DNA of 64,000 nucleotides from Anaerolineae bacterium (GCA_016928235.1 JAFGLD010000096.1:3006-67005), one strand, 5' to 3'. Shown: positions 36,860-44,639, numbered from the stretch's first letter. Made by a program: numbers and translations. The notes: a model not told the origin generated them from the sequence alone.

Positions 36860-38038
36860 CTACCGTATTTCCCAGACAGGCTCACCATTCAAGACTCGCC
36901 TGATCTGATCGGGAAAACGATCGGGATCGAGAGGCTTACCCAAGAAGCCGTCAAATCCGGATTCTTTGGCTCGTTGCATCTGTTCAACACTGGCTTCAGC
37001 AGTAACCGCAACCACCAATGTGTCTTTGAGACGGCTGTTGCCTCGGACTTTTTCAAGCGCCTGGAATCCATCTTCGTACGGCAAGCGGATGTCCATCAAG
37101 ATGAGGTCGATTCGCGGAAGGGTATCGGCAAATTCGACAACTTGCCAGCCGGAGGTCTTCCACTCGCAACGCTGGACACCCATATACGCCAGCATACGCG
37201 CGATCAACACGAAATTGGGCACATTATCCTCAACCACTAGCACATGAGCCTGCGTTGGATCGATCGGAGTGTGTGGTGGTTTCTCTGTTGGTACATCCTG
37301 TTTGGGTTGCTCTACCGGCCTGGCTTCCTCCGCCGGTTTAGCCTCGACAACCGGTTTTGATCCCGCCTCTGCCGGCCTGGCATCCCCTGTCGGTTTAGCC
37401 TCAACGTCTGGTTTTGATCCCGCCTCTGCCGGCCTGGATTCCTCCGTCGACTTAGCCTCAACCGCTGGTTTTGATCCCGCCTCTGCCGGCCTGGATTCCT
37501 CCGTCGACTTAGCCTCAACCGCTGGTTTTGATCCCGTCTCTGCCGGCCTGGATTCCCCTGTCGGTTTAGCCTCAACTGCTGGTTTTGATCCTGCTTCTGC
37601 CGGCCTGGCCTCCTCCGTCGGTTTGGATTCTTCTACTGCCGGTTTTACTTCATCTGCCGGCTTAGCATCAGCAGATGACTGGGATTCCTCCACGGGCTTG
37701 GCATCAGCCGATTTAGAAGACTCAGCTGGCTTAGACGCTTCGGCCTCAGGCTGCTGGGGCGGTGAGGGCGTATCCGTTGCCCCCTTTTGGCCAGTTGACG
37801 GGGTAGTCGATTTTGAAGCTTCCTTTGCCTCCGAGTCTGGCTGTGTGGCAGGATCGGACACCTTCTCTGTTTTCCCCTGCTCGATTGACTCGGCTTTCTC
37901 AACCGACTGGGCCTGTTCAGTCTTCGGCTCCGTTTGTCCAGTCTCTACGGCTGGATTGGCCTGTTTTTCTGGTGGAGACTGGCCAATATCAGTTGATGAT
38001 TCGTTTGAGTTTGTCGGCTTATCTGAGATCATAATCAT
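36860..38038 (-). CDS. single-domain response regulator: ~260-aa low-complexity tandem-repeat N-terminus plus a C-terminal REC domain
   Basis: REC: VLVVEDNVPNF...DLILMDIRLPYEDG...VVAVTAEA...GFLGKP. The N-terminus is P/A/E/K/S-rich and contains about five 19-aa repeats (AEAGSKPAVEAKSTEESRP). Confidence 0.8.
   Translation of the reverse strand: MIMISDKPTNSNESSTDIGQSPPEKQANPAVETGQTEPKTEQAQSVEKAESIEQGKTEKVSDPATQPDSEAKEASKSTTPSTGQKGATDTPSPPQQPEAEASKPAESSKSADAKPVEESQSSADAKPADEVKPAVEESKPTEEARPAEAGSKPAVEAKPTGESRPAETGSKPAVEAKSTEESRPAEAGSKPAVEAKSTEESRPAEAGSKPDVEAKPTGDARPAEAGSKPVVEAKPAEEARPVEQPKQDVPTEKPPHTPIDPTQAHVLVVEDNVPNFVLIARMLAYMGVQRCEWKTSGWQVVEFADTLPRIDLILMDIRLPYEDGFQALEKVRGNSRLKDTLVVAVTAEASVEQMQRAKESGFDGFLGKPLDPDRFPDQIRRVLNGEPVWEIR
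37315..37640. repeat. 57-nt tandem repeat, about 5.5 copies, inside the coding sequence
   Basis: The GGTTTTGATCC anchor recurs at 37353, 37410, 37467, 37524 and 37581, an exact 57-nt period. The two central copies are nearly identical. Confidence 0.9.
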
Positions 38039-38131
38039 CTGACCCTTGGTGCAGTTACTTCTTTGATCGGCGTTTTGTGGTTAAACAGGAAGTTACTCTG
38101 GCCTTCTATTTCGGACATCAAGCATCCCTTC

Positions 38132-38911
38132 TCAATTCTTAGTGCTCTCAGGATTTTGTGTCTGAGAGCCTTGATTATGGGTAGGCGACACTTGAGAGCC
38201 CTGCGATTGAGCATCTTGAGGTTGAGAGCTTTTTTCTTGCGTTTCGGTTGGCTGCAAGCCTGGAGTTGGTGGGTCAGCAGGTCGACCAGGCACGTTCGGT
38301 GCCTGGATAGGCTGAACGATCGGGCTTGGCGATCCGGCTGATTGGATACCAGATTCGGGCGGACTGGCAGGTTGGGCACCCGGGGTTGGCGAGCCGGCAG
38401 GTTGGACACCAGAACCTGGCGGACTGGCAGGTTGAGCACCCGGGGTTGGCGGACTGGCAGGTTGAGCAATTGGGCTCTGCGGACCGGCAGGTTGGGTATC
38501 CAGACTTGTTGATGAGCTTGCCGGCTGAGGAGTCTGACCATCTTTCCTCAAATGCTTCTCGATCTGTTTTGGAAGGTTATCCACATCTATCGGCTTAGGT
38601 ATGTAACCATTACACCCGGCATCCATAGCCTTTTTAATATCACCTTCCATAGCATTGGCCGTCAGTGCCACTATAGGGACATGTGCCCCACCGGTCGCCT
38701 TGCGCAATCGATCGGTACATTCGTACCCATCAATGTCGGGCAGATTGATATCCATCAAGACAAGATCGGGATGGGTACTCAATGCTAACTCCAGCCCCTT
38801 GGTTCCATTTTCCGCCTCGATGACAGTGAAGCCTTCTGCCTCTAACACACGCTTGATCAAGATGCGGTTATCAAAGTTGTCCTCAATGTAGAGAATGCGT
38901 TTCCCACTCAT
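38132..38911 (-). CDS. single-domain response regulator: N-terminal REC plus a P/Q/A/S-rich decapeptide-repeat tail
   Basis: REC: KRILYIEDNFDN...DLVLMDINLPDIDG...IVALTANA...GYIPKP. The tail is AQPASPPTPG / AQPASPPGSG / VQPAGSPTPG / AQPASPPESG and so on. There is no DNA-binding or enzymatic domain. Confidence 0.85.
   Translation of the reverse strand: MSGKRILYIEDNFDNRILIKRVLEAEGFTVIEAENGTKGLELALSTHPDLVLMDINLPDIDGYECTDRLRKATGGAHVPIVALTANAMEGDIKKAMDAGCNGYIPKPIDVDNLPKQIEKHLRKDGQTPQPASSSTSLDTQPAGPQSPIAQPASPPTPGAQPASPPGSGVQPAGSPTPGAQPASPPESGIQSAGSPSPIVQPIQAPNVPGRPADPPTPGLQPTETQEKSSQPQDAQSQGSQVSPTHNQGSQTQNPESTKN
38328..38500. repeat. 30-nt tandem repeat, about 5-6 copies, inside the coding sequence
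   Basis: GGCGGACTGGCAGGTTG(G/A)GCACCCGGGGTT-type units, read directly at a 30-nt period. Confidence 0.85.
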
Positions 38912-39559
38912 ATGTGTCTCCGCTACCTCCTTGTGAACTCAGGAGTAGCCTGTTTAGGAATGAGGATTTTATACCTTTCCCAGGTATAAGCCTGAAGAGT
39001 GGCTCACAGGAGATAGTATTTCATCCTTGTTCCTTAATAAAGTACGCTTCACTTCTAAGTTTAACTCAAGTGTCAAGACGCGAATGTTACGATAGTGTTC
39101 CAAATTATCTTGGCGTCTCACGATACGAGAGCACCAATATCCACAGAGAACTACGAACTATCGAGTTCAGTATAGCACAGAGAGCACATCTTGCGACAGA
39201 ATCACCACGCTTGTCTCTGCCGACATATGGAACATGGCACAGGCAACAGGACATCTGTAGTAAAACAACTCTATTGGTCACTAACATCAAGCTTTGTTTG
39301 AAAAAGGGACTACATTAGGAGTTACCCTCAAGACATAGCCGCGATTACCTGCCCTTAAGTCCACCTTTCACGCCTTCTCGAACCACTAAACTGTTCTCGT
39401 TTTTACGATTTGTACTACCTGTAATGAAGTACCAAGCGCAACTCCACAGGCACAAAGCGTGAAATGTAGACCGCAGTATATGTCTGACAGAGGCACCCAT
39501 CTGATTGTGATTTAGGAAGTGACCTTTGCCAAGCTACCCACACGCTATTATATCCTAAG

Positions 39560-39785
39560 CTCGACTTTGCACATACCCGGCTGAAGGTTGACGAAGGATG
39601 ATATAGAAAACACATCATGGTCAAGCAGCGACATTCAAAAAGTCTCGTTCATCTCAATGCTGTCATTCCCGCGAAAGCGAGAATGACAGCATTGGCGAAG
39701 GGATTAGACTTTATCAGCAATAGGCGTGCTATGCGTAAAATCCAGCTGATTTTATGCGTAACTCAGTTATTTCCGATAAAGTCTA
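39560..39785 (+). repeat. composite intergenic repeat element, copy A (left module 39560-39694 plus right module 39705-39785)
   Basis: The left module is about 85% identical by eye to 52066-52202. The right module is about 80% identical to the reverse complement of 58438-58517. It contains an 18-bp-stem hairpin (39655-39694), and the right module is bounded by the inverted repeat TAGACTTTATC ... GATAAAGTCTA. Confidence 0.7.
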
Positions 39786-39866
39786 TTGTTAGTTGGCAAT
39801 TCCCCGATTATTGAGAAGATACGGAAAAAAGACATGAAAGCACCTTCGAGTTTTGAGCATAGGGCT

Positions 39867-42437
39867 TTATGCCCAGGTGACCAAACCCAGCCGCAGCGTG
39901 CGCTGGAGATCCGGATGGGCTGGAATAACACGAACTGTATAACCGTGCCGGCCAGTAGCCTCCGCGACGAACTCGACAGTATATTGATGCCAGCCTTTTC
40001 CTCGACCCTCACCATTGGGCTTCATGCCGTGGACATGCCCTCGGCTGATAGTCCCATCTCGATCCAGGATACCCTCATAAAGTTGGACTGATACATATTC
40101 AAGATCGATGCCACCCAGATAGATATCAGCCGTCACAACCAGGGCATCGCCAACACGCACCTCAGTATTGAGAGTGGTAATGTTATCGACATCGACCACA
40201 TGCCAGTTATTCTGTAGATTGGCTAGCCAGGCTGCAACAGCCCGCCCACGCTCATAATCGCTTTCGGCAAACTGCCGGGCGTGCTGAAGCGCCGGTATAT
40301 AGAAGCGGCGTGTATATTCCTGGACCATGCGCGCCGTATTGTAGACTGGACACAAATCCATCATGCTGGTCTTCATCCGCATAATCCAGTTTCGGGGCAA
40401 TCCATCCGAACCTCGCTCGTAGAATGTCGGCACCAAGTCCTTTTCGAGCAAATCGTAGATCGCGTTGGACTCAACATAGTCCTGCAATCCCTCGTCCTGG
40501 TATTCTTCGCCATGGCCGATGGCCCAGCCAATATCCCGGCGATAAGCTTCGTCCCACCAACCATCCAGCACGCTCATATTCAAAACGCCATTCATGGCAG
40601 CTTTCATGCCACTGGTTCCGCTTGCCTCCAGGGGACGGCGAGGTGTATTCAGCCAAACATCGACACCCTGAACCAGATACCGGGCAACAACCATATCATA
40701 GTCTTCGAGAAAAACGATGCGATTGCGGCTATGCGATGTCCGAGCAAAGTGAACAAGCTCCCGAATAAATTCCTTTCCTTCATTGTCACGTGGATGTGCC
40801 TTGCCTGCAAAGATGAACTGAACCGGACGAGCTCCACACAACAGATTGGTAAAACGATCCAGGTCACGCAGCAGGAGTGTGGCGCGCTTATATGTTGCAA
40901 AACGGCGCGCAAAACCGATTGTCAGCACTTCCGGATCGAGTACTTCGTGAGCTTCATCGATCTCGATCGGCGGAGCTCCGCGACGTTCGAGCTGGGCAAC
41001 CATTCTCTTGCGAGCAAAGGCAACCATGCGCTCCCGTCGACGCTCGTGAGTACGCCACAACTCCTCGCCAGGAATGCTGGTGATGCCCTGGTTCCATACT
41101 TGCAGATCGGTTGGATCTTCGCGCCAACGCGGACCAAGGTAACGATCCAACAGCTCGGTCATTTCATGCGATACCCAGGAATAGATGTGAACACCATTGG
41201 TAATTGACCCGATCGGCACCTCTGACAGTGGTATCTGCGGATAAATGTCTCGCCACATGCGGCGAGCAACTTCTCCATGTAGACGACTAACACCATTGAC
41301 ATAGGCCGACATACGCAATGCCAGGATAGTCATGCAGAAATCCTCGTGCGGATTGACAGGATCCTGCCGTCCAAGTCCCAGAAACTCCTCACGGGACAAG
41401 TTCAGCGCAACGCGATAATCCTGAAAATACTGTTCTACCAGATCCGGTTCAAAGTAATCATTACCCGCAGGCACAGGTGTGTGCGTTGTGAAGACATTAC
41501 TGGCTGCCGTGATCGCAGCTGCCTCTCCAAAGCTCATGCTGTAACGTTCCATTAATATACGGGCACGTTCGAGCGCCATAAAAGCTGAGTGTCCTTCGTT
41601 CATGTGGCACACTGCCGGTTCAATACCCATAGCATATAACGCCCGCAGTCCACCAACCCCTAACAGGATTTCTTGCCTGATCCGCGTCTCCCGATCACCC
41701 CCATAGAGTTGATCGGTCAAATCCTGATCCTCGCGCTCGATATTTTGTGTGATATTGGTATCCAGCAGATAGAGCATGAGCCGTCCCACCCGAACATACC
41801 AGATCTGGGCAAATACCGGGCGATTAAGGAGCTCAATGCTGATACGGATTGGCTGTCCGCTCTCGTCCCTCACCGGCCTGACCGGCATGGTATAAAAATC
41901 GTTTTCAGGATAAAGCTCCTGCTGCCAGCCATCGACATTCAAGTATTGATGAAAATAGCCCTGTTGGTAGAGCAGCCCAACACCAACTAACGGCACATTC
42001 AGGTCGCTGGACGCCTTGAGATGATCTCCCGCCAGGATCCCCAGGCCGCCCGAATAGTTGGGGATCGATTCGGTCAAGCCAAACTCAAATGAGAAATAGG
42101 CAATTTGCGGCTGGGCCTCCAGATTATATTCCTGGGCATACCAGGTCTTGCTCTTGCTCTCAGCCCGCATGTAGTCATCATAGTTCCGCGTGACACGATC
42201 CAGGTGAGCCAGGAAACTATCTTCTCGTGCCAGGGCGTTGAGCTTATTCTGGCTCAGCATTCCCAGCATCTTGACCGGGTTATGGTTGGTGCTTTCCCAC
42301 AGATCACGATCCATACGGCGGAACAGATCGATGGTTTCGTGGTCCCAGCTCCAGCGAACATTGTAAGCCAACTCGTACAAACGGCGAAGCGATTCAGGAA
42401 TAGACGAGACGACGGTATACGTGGCAACGGGCTGCAT
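39867..42437 (-). CDS. glgP: alpha-glucan (glycogen/maltodextrin) phosphorylase, GT35
   Basis: 856 aa. GGLGILAGDHLKASSDL, NEGHSAF, EASGTSGMKAAMNGVLN (PLP-lysine region), and the N-terminal DUF3417-type segment. Confidence 0.9.
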   Translation of the reverse strand: MQPVATYTVVSSIPESLRRLYELAYNVRWSWDHETIDLFRRMDRDLWESTNHNPVKMLGMLSQNKLNALAREDSFLAHLDRVTRNYDDYMRAESKSKTWYAQEYNLEAQPQIAYFSFEFGLTESIPNYSGGLGILAGDHLKASSDLNVPLVGVGLLYQQGYFHQYLNVDGWQQELYPENDFYTMPVRPVRDESGQPIRISIELLNRPVFAQIWYVRVGRLMLYLLDTNITQNIEREDQDLTDQLYGGDRETRIRQEILLGVGGLRALYAMGIEPAVCHMNEGHSAFMALERARILMERYSMSFGEAAAITAASNVFTTHTPVPAGNDYFEPDLVEQYFQDYRVALNLSREEFLGLGRQDPVNPHEDFCMTILALRMSAYVNGVSRLHGEVARRMWRDIYPQIPLSEVPIGSITNGVHIYSWVSHEMTELLDRYLGPRWREDPTDLQVWNQGITSIPGEELWRTHERRRERMVAFARKRMVAQLERRGAPPIEIDEAHEVLDPEVLTIGFARRFATYKRATLLLRDLDRFTNLLCGARPVQFIFAGKAHPRDNEGKEFIRELVHFARTSHSRNRIVFLEDYDMVVARYLVQGVDVWLNTPRRPLEASGTSGMKAAMNGVLNMSVLDGWWDEAYRRDIGWAIGHGEEYQDEGLQDYVESNAIYDLLEKDLVPTFYERGSDGLPRNWIMRMKTSMMDLCPVYNTARMVQEYTRRFYIPALQHARQFAESDYERGRAVAAWLANLQNNWHVVDVDNITTLNTEVRVGDALVVTADIYLGGIDLEYVSVQLYEGILDRDGTISRGHVHGMKPNGEGRGKGWHQYTVEFVAEATGRHGYTVRVIPAHPDLQRTLRLGLVTWA

Positions 42438-42929
42438 AAAAGCCTCCTCGGCGTATACGAACAGTTGACAATCAGGATCAATATAGTATTTGGATGGGCA
42501 GTCCTCACCCTATGAAATGAAGTATAGGCAATTTGGGTCGAGACGCAAAAGCAAGGAGATTGGGTGATTGATGATTGGGAATTGTTCGCTAACGGTTGAA
42601 TAGTGCCAGGCAAGCCAGGGAAACATTCAGTGCCTCACCCGGAAAGCAAAATCCCCCGCCGAGAGAATTATTTTTCTCACCTAGAAAAATAAGTTTCCAG
42701 GCGAGAAACTCCCATCCCCAGGGCTCGATGCAAGAAAGAGGCGGCAGGAATAACAGAACCGTGGCCTGCCAATCGAGAGGGGATGCAGCAGATGTTTGTA
42801 TCCCCCAATGTGCCCTTCGGTAGATTTCAGCACGTTCCGGATGTCGTACAGTGGTATTCAGGTGAACAGTGGCTCCACGAGCTGCTCGTCAGCGTTTATT
42901 GATCATCGATGCACTTTGGGAGATTCGCA

Positions 42930-44435
42930 ATGAATAACACAGAAAGACATCCGGACACTCTCAGCTTCTTGTGGCTCATCCTCGGCTGCGTAGCCCTGCT
43001 GTTCATGGGCGGCAAATGGAACATCCTGATCGCCACCTGGGTTGGGTCGATCTTCTTTGTGAGATACTTCCGGGCTCAGCGCAGCATATGGGGCATCCTA
43101 CTGGCTCTGCCACTCATCCTGGCGGCGTCCCACATCTTCTTCATCGGTCTTGCCGAACAGGTGGATGTAGCGTTCAAGATACTCATCGCAGTGAGCTATA
43201 CGCTGTACGTGGTCATCCCCTGTCTGGTCGATCGGCTCCTGTACAAGAAGGTGGGTAACCCGTTATTGTCTACTCTGGTTTACCCTGCCTCGCTGATCGT
43301 TATCCAGTTCCTGCTCTCGTACATCGAAGAGCTGGGCACTGTGCTCCACTGGACAGCTTCAATGTTCTCGATGAAGCCCCTCATCCAGCTGGTATCGATC
43401 ACAGGCATATGGGGGCCTTCCTTCCTGGTCGGCTGGCTCGCCGCGATCGTTGCCACGCTGTGGGAGGAACAGCTCGACCTGAAGAAGATCAGGCTGCCGG
43501 CAGCAGCCTTCAGCGGCGTGTTTGTGGCTGCGATGCTGTGGGGAGGCATCCGGATGACATTCCTGCCCCCTGCTCCAGGAACCGTCAAAGTCGGATCGGT
43601 GGTGGTTGGCCTGCCGGAGGATAACCTGTTCTATGCTTATCTCGATCTGCCGGAGGCTGCACAGATCGAGCAGAAGGAGAAATACCGGCAGTGGTCGCTG
43701 GAGGTACAGGACGAGCTGTTCAGCACATCGGAGACGCTCATCACATCGGGTATCAAGATCTTATCCTGGGCCAGCGGCAACGCGGTTGTATTTGCGGAGG
43801 ATGAGGCCCAGCTCACCCAGCGCCTGCAGGATTTCGCCAAAGAGCACCAGATATACTTCTTCCCCAGCCTGCTGGTGCTCGGCGATTACGATGGGCCTGA
43901 CCGCAACCGGATACTGGCCATCCGGCCGGATGGCCAGATTGAGTATGTCCATTATAAAGGAAGAAACCCCAATGCCGGTTTCTACCAGGGCAACACCATA
44001 GAAGTGATCGATACGCCCTACGGCAGGATCGCTTCCCCCATCTGCTTCGAGATGGAGTTCCACCGCTTCATCCGCCAGGTGGGCCAAAAAGACATCGATA
44101 TCCTCATCGTCCCGGGTGACGAGCCGTCAAAGGATAATGCCATCGTCCATACCGAGATCTCCATGTTCCGCTGCATCGAAAACGGCTGCTCGATGCTGAG
44201 GACCACGCTGGAAGGGCTGACCATGGGCATGGACTACCAGGGACGCGAGCTTTCCCGGATGAACTACTATCTCACACAGGAAAACCGGACCATCATCACC
44301 GAGATGCCGACGAAGGGTACGAGAACTCTCTACACACAGTGGGGTGACTGGTTTGCCTACGGCTGTGTGCTGCTCTTGATGGCCGAAATGGTGCTGGGGG
44401 CGTGGAACACTCTCAAGAAGCCGGGGAGTGGATAG
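42930..44435 (+). CDS. apolipoprotein N-acyltransferase-like protein (polytopic N-domain plus carbon-nitrogen hydrolase domain)
   Basis: About 7 TM helices followed by a CN-hydrolase fold with a candidate catalytic Cys in SPICFEMEF. The architecture matches Lnt, but several Lnt signature residues are not obvious. The start is 42930 or 42909. Confidence 0.55.
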   Translation: MNNTERHPDTLSFLWLILGCVALLFMGGKWNILIATWVGSIFFVRYFRAQRSIWGILLALPLILAASHIFFIGLAEQVDVAFKILIAVSYTLYVVIPCLVDRLLYKKVGNPLLSTLVYPASLIVIQFLLSYIEELGTVLHWTASMFSMKPLIQLVSITGIWGPSFLVGWLAAIVATLWEEQLDLKKIRLPAAAFSGVFVAAMLWGGIRMTFLPPAPGTVKVGSVVVGLPEDNLFYAYLDLPEAAQIEQKEKYRQWSLEVQDELFSTSETLITSGIKILSWASGNAVVFAEDEAQLTQRLQDFAKEHQIYFFPSLLVLGDYDGPDRNRILAIRPDGQIEYVHYKGRNPNAGFYQGNTIEVIDTPYGRIASPICFEMEFHRFIRQVGQKDIDILIVPGDEPSKDNAIVHTEISMFRCIENGCSMLRTTLEGLTMGMDYQGRELSRMNYYLTQENRTIITEMPTKGTRTLYTQWGDWFAYGCVLLLMAEMVLGAWNTLKKPGSG

Positions 44436-44481
44436 TAGAGGCCGCTTTGATTTTCACTGATCCTGTCCGTCCCCCGGCGCC

Positions 44482-44544
44482 GGTCGGATTGAAATCCGAC
44501 CTACATCGGGCGGCAGGTAACGTAGGTCGGGTTTTAACCCGACC
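44482..44544. repeat. REPIN-like doublet: two related 20-nt hairpin units in inverted orientation
   Basis: GGTCGGATTGAAATCCGACC-TAC ... GTA-GGTCGGGTTTTAACCCGACC, read directly. It lies between convergent genes. Confidence 0.7.
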
Positions 44545-44601
44545 GTGCGACACCCAAACCAGCGGTGAATGCTCTGCGATAAACCTAAAAAGAGCCTCGA
44601 T

Positions 44602-44634
44602 GCTTCTCCCAGAATATGACGTCCCGGGAGAAGC
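44602..44634 (-). terminator. hairpin downstream of the VWA gene (9-bp stem GCTTCTCCC/GGGAGAAGC)
   Basis: On the minus strand the stem starts 5 nt after the stop codon. It is followed 8 nt later by TCTTTTT. The loop is 15 nt, so the hairpin is atypical for an intrinsic terminator. Confidence 0.4.
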
Positions 44635-44639
44635 AATCA

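Noticed and set aside
37269-38042. 257-aa plus-strand ORF (GFDPASAGL repeats) and the 37312..37575 minus-strand alternative frame across the 57-nt repeat.
   Set aside because: Tandem repeats keep several frames open. Only the chosen minus frame continues in frame into a complete REC domain.
37315-38500. Regular direct repeats, examined as a possible CRISPR array. The arrays at 10499-10560 and 12435-12488 were examined for the same reason.
   Set aside because: The repeats are contiguous with no unique spacers. Their periods (57, 30, 21 and 7 nt) and their coding context do not fit CRISPR, and there are no cas genes in the window.
38035-38541. 168-aa minus-strand ORF in an alternative frame of the decapeptide-repeat tail, and the plus-strand ORFs 38063..38341 and 38326..38598.
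   Set aside because: These are the same repeat-induced open-frame artefact. The frame that is continuous with the N-terminal REC domain (38132..38911) is preferred.
39617-39814. 65-aa ORF MVKQRHSKSLVHLNAVIPAKA... and its near-twin at 52142..52360 (and 58397..58654 on the minus strand), considered as a small conserved protein family.
   Set aside because: The similarity tracks nucleotide repeat modules, including a long hairpin. The frames diverge or terminate differently right after the shared DNA, and no RBS is present. I interpret them as translated repeat elements.
40281-41207. 308-aa plus-strand ORF inside glgP. Long antisense ORFs occur similarly at 11639..12304, 12617..13255, 17535..18239, 60371..61201, 61418..62128, 62420..63052 and 63314..63895.
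   Set aside because: Each lies opposite a gene with strong family motifs. None has its own recognisable motifs. They are typical shadow ORFs.
42668-42692. A perfect 10-bp A/T-rich inverted repeat TTATTTTTCT-cacct-AGAAAAATAA in the glgP / Lnt-like divergent intergenic region, considered as an operator or terminator.
   Set aside because: It stands alone and its composition is very low in complexity. It lies between two divergent starts, so it is not a terminator position. I could not tie it to any regulator, so I note it but do not call it.
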